Both the position numbers and the translations under genes were made by a program. The notes beneath the pieces are model-generated. The model was not told the origin of the DNA and searched no databases. It worked only from the letters and a program-made list of their open reading frames with translations. A stretch of 61,794 bases of DNA, taken from NCBI GenBank assembly GCA_964632315.1, contig CAZWEM010000023.1:1-61794 (forward strand), given 5' to 3'. Source of the stretch: an uncultured archaeon (GTDB lineage: Archaea; Asgardarchaeota; Lokiarchaeia; Sigyniarchaeales; SOKP01). Within the stretch, counting starts at the first letter, position 1, and the number at the start of each line of letters is the position of its first letter. Below are positions 50,038 through 59,839 of this stretch, piece by piece.

Positions 50038-52452
50038 CTAATTACTTTCAGATTTAATTGTGACCTCATATTTGGATTCATCCCATTTTTTTTGGTCTAT
50101 CCAATAAAATGTAAAACTCAATTTTGTAATTGCTTTTAATTCTTTTGTTGATATGTCAACATAAAAAATGCCTAAACCAGTATCTTTCGTCTCAGTTTCG
50201 TTATAAGTTTTCCAATCATCAGATGACCACTTAATTTTAACTTTAGCCCATGATTCAATCCTTAAAATTTCTCCTGATTTCATCTGTTGGCATTTATGAT
50301 TAAATTTCCATACATTTAGCTTACTTGGATGTCTTTCATCAATATATCTATGCTCAGTTTGCGAAGGCATATCAAAAATCCTATTCTCTTCTATAGATCT
50401 TACTAGTTTTACATATTCCGAATGTGCCCATACCAATGGCATTGCCGAACCTGCAGGACGTCCTTTAAATAAACCTTTTTGAGGAATATCTTCATCATCC
50501 CAGACTTGTTCTGGAATTAGTCCTCCTGGTCCAGTTTGACGCTCTATAACTTTTAAAAGTTCTCTAGCCTGATCAATGTTTCCTTTAGCAAGTTCGTAAT
50601 GAGCACGTTCACCGCAAAGTAATGGCCATCCCCTTCCAATTCCCGTACCATCAAAAGGATCTCCATTCGAATGTTCCCCATATCCGTCCTCATTATAGCG
50701 ATGCCATAGGGGTCCTGTATCAGTTTCAGTTTTTAATAAAGAGTCAATTACTTTCACAGTGTTAACAATTCTTGGGTCATCAGGAGCTCGCAATCCAAAA
50801 CGTACTAATGCTAAAGCATCGGGACTTACTATATACTTAAAGGGAGCCTTGCTTTCTCCAGGTGGTCTGTTCTTGATTGGTACATAGCCATTCTTAGGAG
50901 AAGTACCATCTGCAACATCTGGCGGGCCAATACGAACGTAATAACCCTCTACACCTACTTTTTTACTAAGATCTGTATCTTTGACGTAAGTCCACTTTTC
51001 AATATTCGAATTCCAATAGTCTGCTAATTCAATTAAATAATCAGCGATTCTATGTTCTCCCTGTTCTCTGGCAAACTCTGCCCCTAACAGAAGAGCTGCA
51101 ATTTCAACGGCTAAAGTAAAAGGAGAATAACCTGGATCCTCCTCCCATCTGTCTTGTTGAGAAACAGGACCATTACGGGCTAAAAATCCTACTGCCTTTT
51201 TTATAGTGGACCAAATAGGAACGTTTTTGAGGTATCTATCTCTCTTTAAGGTATTTGCAAGTAAGATTGGAAAGGCAGTTTCATCCATTTGAATCCCATG
51301 ATAATATTCATTACCATCCAACCACATATTTTGGGGCCAATGTCCATCCTCATCTTGAGTACTCATTAAGTATAACATTATCTGTAATGCTTCTTCTATA
51401 GCTCCTACAGCAAGAAGCCCTCCTGAAGTTTCAACGAGATCACGTGGCCATACCAAATGATAACCACCTAAATCATCGTCACCTTTCGCAAAACCCCATG
51501 GAATTGATAAACTGGCAATTGAGCCATCAGAGAAACGTTTATCCATATGAGTCTTCATGACCATAATACTTAAACGATAAAGATCGATTTTACTTGTTCT
51601 TCCATTATTTAAATCTTTACATCCTTGTTGAAATTCAAGCCATGGAGATTTAAAATCAGTGATAGTTTTATCAAAATCATCAAACAAAGTTGAACGTGCG
51701 ATCTGTCCTGCTTCAGCGGGATTATGCCCAAATCCTATAACTAAAAAGAAGACTCCCTTAGTTGCTTGTAAATCAATTTGACCAGTTAAAACTATATTTC
51801 CACTCGATGCTTTTGGATATTGATGGGACAATTTACTTTCTTTCTTGATTTCTTGCCAGCCGTCACTCACGCCATAAAAGCCACAACTCGCGTTGATAAA
51901 AGGAGTAGAGCAAGATAAGGCTAATACAACATCTTCTCTTTGAGCATAGAGCATTTGAACCCCTTTATAATCACCCACCCAACTATCATTGTCAGAACCA
52001 TGATTCTTAACATGAGGATTTAGGATTGTATACATTTGATAATCATCCAACTTTCCTTTAAGAGGAGTGAATTTTACCTTTAACAGAAGAGCATCCTTTC
52101 TTGGATCAGTTAAAATAGTCTTCTCGATTACATATTTTTTTTGATTTGATTTATTTTTGATTTGATAAACAGGTACTCCAGGTTCTATCGTGCTGATTTC
52201 ATGTTCACAATCACTTTTTTCTTCTTCAAATAGACCGAATTTGTCCGTTATTATAAATTGAAAATCCCGAATGTTAGCATTATCAATACGGGGGTAATAT
52301 ACCTCATTGATAATTCCCTCAGATAAAGTATACCAAACCAAGCTACCCCTTGAGATAGATGTCCCTATCCCATCTTTTTTACTTGAAGTCCAATGAGGTT
52401 CATGACCAGGATGCCCTGGAGCTTCTTTTTTTGAATTTTGATTTTCTTTCAT
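50038..52452 (-). CDS. GH15 glucoamylase/glucodextranase-like glucan 1,4-alpha-glucosidase
   Basis: N-terminal glucodextranase-like domain (KDGIGT, EVYYP), SLSIPWG, YHLVWPRD, QMDE, DRWEE, PEQVWD and PLVWAHSEY. Confidence 0.93.
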   Translation of the reverse strand: MKENQNSKKEAPGHPGHEPHWTSSKKDGIGTSISRGSLVWYTLSEGIINEVYYPRIDNANIRDFQFIITDKFGLFEEEKSDCEHEISTIEPGVPVYQIKNKSNQKKYVIEKTILTDPRKDALLLKVKFTPLKGKLDDYQMYTILNPHVKNHGSDNDSWVGDYKGVQMLYAQREDVVLALSCSTPFINASCGFYGVSDGWQEIKKESKLSHQYPKASSGNIVLTGQIDLQATKGVFFLVIGFGHNPAEAGQIARSTLFDDFDKTITDFKSPWLEFQQGCKDLNNGRTSKIDLYRLSIMVMKTHMDKRFSDGSIASLSIPWGFAKGDDDLGGYHLVWPRDLVETSGGLLAVGAIEEALQIMLYLMSTQDEDGHWPQNMWLDGNEYYHGIQMDETAFPILLANTLKRDRYLKNVPIWSTIKKAVGFLARNGPVSQQDRWEEDPGYSPFTLAVEIAALLLGAEFAREQGEHRIADYLIELADYWNSNIEKWTYVKDTDLSKKVGVEGYYVRIGPPDVADGTSPKNGYVPIKNRPPGESKAPFKYIVSPDALALVRFGLRAPDDPRIVNTVKVIDSLLKTETDTGPLWHRYNEDGYGEHSNGDPFDGTGIGRGWPLLCGERAHYELAKGNIDQARELLKVIERQTGPGGLIPEQVWDDEDIPQKGLFKGRPAGSAMPLVWAHSEYVKLVRSIEENRIFDMPSQTEHRYIDERHPSKLNVWKFNHKCQQMKSGEILRIESWAKVKIKWSSDDWKTYNETETKDTGLGIFYVDISTKELKAITKLSFTFYWIDQKKWDESKYEVTIKSESN

Positions 52453-52458
52453 TATAGA

Positions 52459-53841
52459 TCATCTCCCTAATTCTCGAGGATGTTTTCCGCCACGCCAATG
52501 CTCTTCTATTTCTTCTAAAGTTCTTCCTTTCGTTTCGGGTACATAAGTGTATGTGAAAATTAATGCTATTATGCCCACAGCACCATAAAGCCAAAATGTT
52601 CCCGCTCTCCCTAGTAATTGGATTAATATTAAAAATGTTAAAGCAATAACTAAATTTGATCCCCAATTGGCTTCTGTAACTATACTCATCGCAAGACCTC
52701 TCACTTTCAGTGGATATATCTCTGATATTAATAACCAAAAAACAGGTCCTAATCCTATAGCAAAAAAACCTACATAGGCCATTAAAATTGCTGCTGCTAG
52801 GGTTCCTAACTCATTTAAAAGACTTGGTAAGAAGAACACAATTCCAAGCATTATTAACGTTCCACTCATCCCAGCTAAGCCAATTAATAACAACTTTCGT
52901 CTTCCAATACGATCTAATAAAAAAATAGCAACAATAGTAAAGCCCACGTTAACAAATCCGACCACAAAAGTTGCAAAAATTGCTGCTGCAGAAGAATGAA
53001 ATCCAGCAAATTCAAAAATTGTTGGAGCATAATATATTACTGTGTTTATTCCAGTTACCTGCTGAAATATTGCTAATAGTACTCCAACTATCATTGCAGG
53101 TTTTATTAAAGGATTAAAAAGTTCCTTCCATCCTGCTTTTTGTTTGCTTAAACTGGTAATTATTTCGTCAAGTTCATCTTCTACATCACTTCTCTTACGA
53201 ATCTTTATCAATGTTGAGCGGGCTTTATCTTTTTTGCCCTCATTAACAAGCCATCGTGGACTACGAGGCATAAAAGACATAGAAATAAGTAATATTACTG
53301 CAGGTATAGCCGCTAAACCAAGCATGTATCGCCAGCCATTTATAGGCGCAAGAGCATAATCAACTCCGTAAGAAATAACGATTCCGACAGTTATGAATAA
53401 TTGGTTGAAGGTAACTAATGAACCCCGGATCTTTGGCGGTGATAATTCGGATATATATAATGGTGCGATAAATGATGCCATTCCTATGGCGATTCCTACA
53501 ATAATTCTTCCAATGATTAAAGTAATTATTTCTGGAGCTAATGAAGTCCCGATAGCTCCTGCAGCAAAAATAATAGAAGCGACTATAATCATTTTTCGCC
53601 GTCCAAATCGATCTGCCATTGATCCACCCATAAAAGCTCCAATGATTGCTCCGATCAATACTGCACTTACTACTATTCCTTGAATTAATGACGAAAGAGA
53701 AAATTCTTGTTTAATAAACAGAATTGCTCCAGATATTACTCCAGTATCATATCCAAATAACATTCCACTTATCCCAGATATTATTGCAATTATGTAAATT
53801 CCACTATTAGAAAATTTTGATTTTTTAATTTTATTCACCAA
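52459..53841 (-). CDS. MFS sugar porter
   Basis: LFGYDTGVISGA, DRFGRR, ELSPPKIRG, PRSPRW, QQVTGIN and VPETKG. Confidence 0.96.
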   Translation of the reverse strand: MVNKIKKSKFSNSGIYIIAIISGISGMLFGYDTGVISGAILFIKQEFSLSSLIQGIVVSAVLIGAIIGAFMGGSMADRFGRRKMIIVASIIFAAGAIGTSLAPEIITLIIGRIIVGIAIGMASFIAPLYISELSPPKIRGSLVTFNQLFITVGIVISYGVDYALAPINGWRYMLGLAAIPAVILLISMSFMPRSPRWLVNEGKKDKARSTLIKIRKRSDVEDELDEIITSLSKQKAGWKELFNPLIKPAMIVGVLLAIFQQVTGINTVIYYAPTIFEFAGFHSSAAAIFATFVVGFVNVGFTIVAIFLLDRIGRRKLLLIGLAGMSGTLIMLGIVFFLPSLLNELGTLAAAILMAYVGFFAIGLGPVFWLLISEIYPLKVRGLAMSIVTEANWGSNLVIALTFLILIQLLGRAGTFWLYGAVGIIALIFTYTYVPETKGRTLEEIEEHWRGGKHPRELGR

Positions 53842-54273
53842 AAAACACTTTATGCAACTCTATTTAGATCACATATATAATGCTTGGGCTAAAAAATTAT
53901 TAGCTTCACTTTAATAGCTTGGTAAAGTAACAAGTCCAGATTATTCATTTGAATTATCTCGTTATATGCAAGATGAGAAAAAATACTCTAGATTGCCCAA
54001 ATCAAATCGTTCAGTAGAGAGTTTTATAAGTGGAGGTTTTTTTGACTTAAATTTATACTTATCTCAATATGATGGGTGGTTGGACCTTAGGAGATAATAA
54101 ATCTTGGTCAAAATGTCATTTCGATAATAAAAATTAAAAGTTAAAAATCCGTTTCTTTCTATTTTTTAAAACATGTATTAGATTATTAGTTATTAGTCAT
54201 TTGTTCAGTGAGCACTTTCTTTTTAAATCATTAGAATTGCTTTATTTAATTCTATTTTGTATTAAATCTTATT

Positions 54274-54747
54274 ATGACTGAAATTGCGACATTTGGTGCG
54301 GGATGTTTTTGGGGAGTAGAACAAAAGTTCGGTAAAGTTAAAGGTGTTTTAGATACTGTAGTGGGTTATACTGGAGGTAAAATGGAAAATCCTACTTATA
54401 AAGACGTATGTACTGATAAATCTGGTCATGCTGAAGTAGTAAGAGTCACATTTGATCCTGCAATTGTATCATATGAAGAACTCTTGGAGTATTTCTGGGA
54501 TATGCATAACCCAACGACCCTAAATCGCCAGGGTTGGGATGTAGGTACTCAGTATAGATCCGCAGTGTTTTATCATAACAATGAACAGAAAGAAGCTGCC
54601 TTGAAGTTAAAGGAAAAATTAGACAAAGCGGGTAAGTACAAAAATCCAATTGTAACTGAAATAGTGCCTGCTGGTAATTTTTATCGAGCTGAGGAATACC
54701 ACCAGAAATATTATGAAAAGAATAAAAAATCGATATTTTCGATTTAG
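54274..54747 (+). CDS. msrA: peptide methionine sulfoxide reductase A
   Basis: GCFWG, GHAEVV, QYRSAVF and AEEYHQKY. Confidence 0.97.
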   Translation: MTEIATFGAGCFWGVEQKFGKVKGVLDTVVGYTGGKMENPTYKDVCTDKSGHAEVVRVTFDPAIVSYEELLEYFWDMHNPTTLNRQGWDVGTQYRSAVFYHNNEQKEAALKLKEKLDKAGKYKNPIVTEIVPAGNFYRAEEYHQKYYEKNKKSIFSI

Positions 54748-54788
54748 GTTTTTAATTTATCAAGAATGTTTTTTCTAATAAATCATAT

Positions 54789-54899
54789 TTATTTTAACGA
54801 TTGTAATTTTGATATTAATTTATCTCTATGCTGATCCCAAGCTTTTTCAACTTTTTCGTCTATTTTTGCTCGTAATTCAGGAGTTATAGGTTCATCCAT
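54789..54899 (-). CDS. putative 36-aa microprotein
   Basis: MDEPITPELRAKIDEKVEKAWDQHRDKLISKLQSLK; amphipathic helix; lies downstream of pirin. Confidence 0.45.
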   Translation of the reverse strand: MDEPITPELRAKIDEKVEKAWDQHRDKLISKLQSLK

Positions 54900-54992
54900 T
54901 TTGCATCCTAAATGAATTTGATCAGTTAATAGATTTATTCTTTATAAAATAGCTAATTTCGAAATCGATTTTAAAAATGAAGTTATAAAATT

Positions 54993-55838
54993 CTATTTCT
55001 TGATGAAAGTTCCATTTTGATACTCTCGAAAAGCTGTAATCAGTTCTTCTTGAGTATTCATTACTATTGGACCCCTCCACGCTACAGGTTCTCCTATCGG
55101 GTTTCCTGAAACGAGAAGGAATCGAACATGACTCTTTTCTGTACTAATAATTACTTCATCACCATCTTCATACAGAATTAAATCGCCCACATGTTTAACC
55201 TTTTCTTTATTTTCATCAAAATATCCTTCTCCTTCAAAAATGTATGCAAAAACGGTGTGCCCGTTTTTAACTTCATGTTTGAACACCCCACCATTTTCAA
55301 TATGAACATCTAAATATTCAGGATCAGTGACAATATCTTTGACTGGTCCAGTTATGCCACTTACTTTCCCACTTACCACTTTTACTGTGGTTTGATCATC
55401 AAGATGAACTACTGGTATTTGTTCTTCTTTAACGTCTCTATACCTTGGTTCCATCATTTTATGAGAAGCCGGGAGGTTCGCCCATAACTGAAAGCCCATC
55501 ATATATCCTTCTGTCTTTTGAGGCATTTCTTGATGTATGATTCCGCATCCTGCAGTCATCCACTGACAATCTCCAGAATTTATTACTCCTTCATTTCCCA
55601 TTGAATCCCCGTGAGCTACTTTTCCTTTAATCATATACGTAATGGTCTCAATCCCTCTATGGGGATGCCATGGAAAGCCAGCTAAGTAATCATTGGGATT
55701 ATCTGAACCAAAATGATCTAAAAGTAAAAAAGGGTCAAATAAAGGTACTTCGTTATATCCAAACGCTCTTTTCAATCGAACACCAGCACCTTCTAAAGTA
55801 GGTCTGCTTTTTAATGTTAATTTTATTTTTCGTATCAT
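54993..55838 (-). CDS. pirin family protein
   Basis: EGAGV, DPFLLLD, GFPWHPHRGIET, MTAGCGIIHQE and GPIVMNT. Confidence 0.96.
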   Translation of the reverse strand: MIRKIKLTLKSRPTLEGAGVRLKRAFGYNEVPLFDPFLLLDHFGSDNPNDYLAGFPWHPHRGIETITYMIKGKVAHGDSMGNEGVINSGDCQWMTAGCGIIHQEMPQKTEGYMMGFQLWANLPASHKMMEPRYRDVKEEQIPVVHLDDQTTVKVVSGKVSGITGPVKDIVTDPEYLDVHIENGGVFKHEVKNGHTVFAYIFEGEGYFDENKEKVKHVGDLILYEDGDEVIISTEKSHVRFLLVSGNPIGEPVAWRGPIVMNTQEELITAFREYQNGTFIKK

Positions 55839-56033
55839 TTCTTTTTCACCTTTATTTTTATATCTCGCTTAATTGATATTAAAGTCAGTATTATAAAAGT
55901 TTTGAAAAAATTATTAAAGATTAATAATTCAAAATAAGTTCTAATTTAGAGTTTATAGATTTTCATCTTCCTTACCTTCTAATCATAACCACTTAATAAA
56001 ATGACTTATTAACCTTTCCATCCTAATGGGTTT

Positions 56034-57221
56034 ATGCTAAACCATCGGTTAATAGATCCTCCAAGAACGCCTTCTGAGTTTATCAAATCTGCTTCTGATT
56101 TCTTGAAAAGACATGCACAAGGAAAAAAAGTGTTTTGTGCACTTTCAGGAGGAGTTGACAGTTCTGCTACTTATTTAATTCTTAAGGAGGCAGAGATTGA
56201 CGTGCTTCCAGTATTTATCGATCATGGATTAATGCGAATAATTCGTGGTATAGAAGAAAGGGAATACATAAAGAAAATCTTCCCAGATGTTAAGATAATC
56301 GATATTAGAACGGAGTTTTTACCTCAAATTTATGGTGAAGAAGACGCTGAAAGGAAGCGTAAATTATTCAAAAAAGCTTATTCTGATACGATCAGTAAGG
56401 TCATTAAGGATGAACATTGTGATTTACTAGCAGATGGAACAATTTTACCTGATATCGAGGAAAGTTTTGGGGTTCAAATCACGGATTTGAAGGAGACGAT
56501 GAGTCTTGAAGACGAACAATCATTAATGGACAAGTATAAAAAAGGATTTGTGAAAAGCCAACATAATTTAGACATAGAATATGATGTACAAGCTACTCTT
56601 CAGCCAGTTGCAAGTTTAACCAAACCTGAAGTACGAAATATCTTAGAATATTTTGGCATGCCACTTGAGCAAATATATAGAAAAGCATTCCCAGGGCCTG
56701 CGCTTTCAGCAAGGATAATTGGTTCAGTTACTCCAGAAAATCTTTCATTCGAGAAAAAAGTCCATGATGTCGTGGAATCTTCAATTGAAGATTATTACAG
56801 TGAAAACCATGGTAAACCAATGATCATAAACGAAAAGGGTGAACAGGAACCGTTTCAAGCGTTCGCAGCGATTACTACTGACGTTTTGCTTCGGAAAGTA
56901 ACCGGGATAATAGAAGGTCAAAGGACATATGAAGTACCCCTTATAATAAGAGGAGAATGGGATTTTGAAAAACTTACTCGTTTTGCTTCACAAATTAAAG
57001 GATATGCACGAGCACTTTATGAACTACACGAGAGCCATCAAGGAATATTTGATGTCATTATTAGGTCAATCAATAGCATTGATGCCCGAACTGCTAGTGT
57101 AACAAATCTACCGCTTAGTTTAATCGAGGAGATCAAATATAAACTGTTGGAATACCATGATACTAAAAATATATATTTTGATATCACTCCAAAACCACCT
57201 GCTACTATAGAATATGTCTAA
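56034..57221 (+). CDS. guaAB: GMP synthase subunit B (ATP pyrophosphatase subunit)-like protein
   Basis: ALSGGVDSS, DHGLMR, GTILPD, KSQHN, FPGPAL and DITPKPPATIEY; no glutaminase domain. Confidence 0.85.
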   Translation: MLNHRLIDPPRTPSEFIKSASDFLKRHAQGKKVFCALSGGVDSSATYLILKEAEIDVLPVFIDHGLMRIIRGIEEREYIKKIFPDVKIIDIRTEFLPQIYGEEDAERKRKLFKKAYSDTISKVIKDEHCDLLADGTILPDIEESFGVQITDLKETMSLEDEQSLMDKYKKGFVKSQHNLDIEYDVQATLQPVASLTKPEVRNILEYFGMPLEQIYRKAFPGPALSARIIGSVTPENLSFEKKVHDVVESSIEDYYSENHGKPMIINEKGEQEPFQAFAAITTDVLLRKVTGIIEGQRTYEVPLIIRGEWDFEKLTRFASQIKGYARALYELHESHQGIFDVIIRSINSIDARTASVTNLPLSLIEEIKYKLLEYHDTKNIYFDITPKPPATIEYV

Positions 57222-57241
57222 GACAATAGTTTTGGTTAAAT

Positions 57242-57643
57242 TTACTTAATCTTAAGAATAGAATATGTTCCTATGGCTATTGCAACTACTTCATCATTGT
57301 TTTTGACTTCTGATTCAAGTACTGCTATCTTTTTTCCTTTATGTAACACTTGAGTAGCGCAGATAAGAGTCCCAAATTTTACTGGCTTGAAATAATTAAT
57401 TTTCAGTTCAATTGTAGTGCAGGATTCATCATTTTCTAACAGAGAATATAATGCTGCCCCCATTCCAGTGTCTGCCATTGAATAGATTACACCGCCATGA
57501 AGGACTTCATGGGGATTAAATAATTTAGCATCAACTTCAAGAGAACAGAGGGTAAAACCCTTTCTCAATTCAGTAAAGTTAAGACCAATTAATTCACCAA
57601 ACGGATGAAACCCTTTTGATTGTTTTGGAAATTGTTTCTTCAT
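57242..57643 (-). CDS. PaaI family thioesterase
   Basis: NPHEVLHGGVIYSMAD hot-dog motif. Confidence 0.93.
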   Translation of the reverse strand: MKKQFPKQSKGFHPFGELIGLNFTELRKGFTLCSLEVDAKLFNPHEVLHGGVIYSMADTGMGAALYSLLENDESCTTIELKINYFKPVKFGTLICATQVLHKGKKIAVLESEVKNNDEVVAIAIGTYSILKIK

Positions 57644-57684
57644 GGTAAATATTATATGGCAAGGTTAAAATAGATTATTCTCAA

Positions 57685-58338
57685 TTAGGAGGCTAAAGGG
57701 GAAAGCTTCTTTTTTAGAATCAATTGCACGAGTTTCGTGAATGCTTGGTCGATATCGGCACGGTTTCTGATTTGGCATTCTAGAAAACCATCCAATCCAT
57801 GTGTTTCAGCCATTTGAACTCCCTCATCAATTGAAACTTGAATCTCTTCTTCATTCTCTGGAGTAATTCCTATCGCTATTAAAGGAAAACTGACTTGTTT
57901 ATGGATTGTATTCTTAATTAGAGTGATCCATTGTTCTATAGATTCAGTAGTCCGTTTGTTATCCATATCATATACAAAAAATCCCCCACTTGCTCCACGT
58001 ACATACATTGGAATGAGAGATTGGAACCGTTTTTCAGAAGAAAAATCCCATATTTGAAATTTTACTCTTATATCATCAATTTCAATTATTTTCACTTCAA
58101 AATCTACACCTATAGTTAATTTAGTTTCTGACTCAAAATCATTGCTAAATTGATCTCCTAATTTTGGTTTTTCTTTTGAATCACCTAATAATACGATTTT
58201 AAACATGTAATCAATAGATTCTTCAGGTCCCTCTTCCTGATAATGAAAATAGTTAACTTTCTTTTTCATCTGGATCTTATCTTTCCTATCTTTCCTCCGT
58301 TTACTAAATATTCTCATTTTAAATTTCAAAAAATGCAT
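57685..58338 (-). CDS. Rab-like small GTPase with degenerate G motifs (true start probably downstream)
   Basis: FKIVLLGD, TIGVDF, KFQIWD, YVRGA and VYD are retained; G1, G3, G4 and G5 are altered. Confidence 0.85.
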   Translation of the reverse strand: MHFLKFKMRIFSKRRKDRKDKIQMKKKVNYFHYQEEGPEESIDYMFKIVLLGDSKEKPKLGDQFSNDFESETKLTIGVDFEVKIIEIDDIRVKFQIWDFSSEKRFQSLIPMYVRGASGGFFVYDMDNKRTTESIEQWITLIKNTIHKQVSFPLIAIGITPENEEEIQVSIDEGVQMAETHGLDGFLECQIRNRADIDQAFTKLVQLILKKKLSPLAS

Positions 58339-58464
58339 CTGTTGGATTATGAATATAAAAAATTAGTATTTGTTATAATATATAAATTTTCCAGCGGTAT
58401 TTAAATTCAAAATACTATCTTAAATTTAGTAATAAAATAGTGAATTAAAATAGTGTGAAAAAAT

Positions 58465-59397
58465 TTACATCTTATCGATTAATTTGAACAGTACAATGAG
58501 CATCTGTTCAGGATCACCTTCATATTTGAACACGCCATCCTCGAGCTCGCCTTCTATGCCTTCCGCTACTAACTCATATATAAAATTCTCTGCAAACTTA
58601 TCAGATTTTTGAAGTACTTGGGCTAACTTGTCAATTGGAATGCTTTTCTGTAACTTGACCATCCCCCTAATTCTTTTCTTGATTAGTTCCTTATCAGGTG
58701 ATATTACTTGCTTGACCTTTCTTTCAACCGTCTTTCCAGAAGTTTGGACCGCTTTTTCTAATTTATCTCCCCATCTTTCCATTTTTTGACCCCATTGATC
58801 TAACTTATCCGGATCTCCAATGTTATCCTTCACGAACTTCATTGATTTTCTTACGAGTTCGGATACTGAGGAACCCAACTGATCACCCCAGGTCCGCCAC
58901 TCATTGCTTAAATCCTCTGGAACAGAAATGTTAATCCTACGTTGAGCTCTTCGAGCATACTTTTCTGCTTTTTGTCGTGCTTTTTCTGCTTTTTCTCTCG
59001 CTTTAACCGCTTTCTCCCGAAGCTTGTAAATCTTTTCATTAATTTTTTCATGCATTTCTCGCTCTTTTTCATAAATTTCTCGCTGTCCCTCATCTGTTGT
59101 TTCTCTTAAGCGACTTTCTAATTCTCTATATTCCTCGTAGGTGTCTTCTAATTCTTCGCGTAAATCCTCAATTTCTTCCTCTAACTCCTCTGAATACTCG
59201 TTATTTAACTTCTCAGTATAGTCATTGATCTTATCTCGTATCTGTTCTAACTTTCTCTCTTTTTCCCTTATTTCTCCTTCAATTTCGCGCTTCTCTTCCT
59301 CTAAGTCATCTCGTGCTTCTTTAATCTCTTCCTGAAATTCATCTCTCATCTCCCGTAACTCCTCATCCTCTTCATACTCATCAAACGGATCTGTCAT
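58465..59397 (-). CDS. acidic coiled-coil / ribbon-helix-helix / PCI-like winged-helix protein (ATG 59397; ORF track starts at GTG 59406)
   Basis: E/R-rich heptads; RRINISVPEDL...W...SVSELVRKSM (RHH); SIPIDKLAQVL...AENFIYELVAEGIEGEL (PCI-like). Confidence 0.75.
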   Translation of the reverse strand: MTDPFDEYEEDEELREMRDEFQEEIKEARDDLEEEKREIEGEIREKERKLEQIRDKINDYTEKLNNEYSEELEEEIEDLREELEDTYEEYRELESRLRETTDEGQREIYEKEREMHEKINEKIYKLREKAVKAREKAEKARQKAEKYARRAQRRINISVPEDLSNEWRTWGDQLGSSVSELVRKSMKFVKDNIGDPDKLDQWGQKMERWGDKLEKAVQTSGKTVERKVKQVISPDKELIKKRIRGMVKLQKSIPIDKLAQVLQKSDKFAENFIYELVAEGIEGELEDGVFKYEGDPEQMLIVLFKLIDKM

Positions 59398-59515
59398 TCT
59401 TACCACTTCTTTTTGCTTTTCTAATTTTAGTTTTAATATTTTTTTATTCTATATTTTGTTTTTATTGATTTTTCATAATTTTGAAAAAATTATAGTTTCA
59501 TTTTGAATACTCGAA

Positions 59516-59593
59516 TTAACGCCTGATGTATCCAGTCGTTAAAACCTTACCAAACGCTTTACATTTCACATTTTCAAGTCTTTTCATATCCAT
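59516..59593 (-). CDS. putative 25-aa microprotein
   Basis: MDMKRLENVKCKAFGKVLTTGYIRR; SD-like GAGTGA (59600-59605) 6 nt upstream of the ATG. Confidence 0.5.
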   Translation of the reverse strand: MDMKRLENVKCKAFGKVLTTGYIRR

Positions 59594-59717
59594 ATCTCAT
59601 CACTCTTTTTCTTTTTTTTGGGTTTTTTTATTCTTTTTTTCTTAATTTGGAATTGTAAAATCTTTTTTTTTGTTATCTTTCTTATTAGTTTGATGTTTTA
59701 AAAAATTGAAAGAAAAT

Positions 59718-59804
59718 TTAATAATTAATTATTCTATAGATTAAATTCTTGTTCTTTAACTCATTTAATCGTTCAATACCATTATTTATTTTATATCGGC
59801 TCAT
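59718..59804 (-). CDS. putative 28-aa microprotein
   Basis: MSRYKINNGIERLNELKNKNLIYRIINY; SD-like GGAGTGA (59811-59817) 6 nt upstream of the ATG. Confidence 0.5.
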   Translation of the reverse strand: MSRYKINNGIERLNELKNKNLIYRIINY

Positions 59805-59839
59805 TTCTCTTCACTCCATTTTTTTTTATTTTTTTTGGT

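Noticed and set aside
56034-57221. Truncated or novel GMP synthase lacking a glutaminase domain
   Set aside because: Split GuaAA/GuaAB subunits encoded at separate loci are normal in archaea
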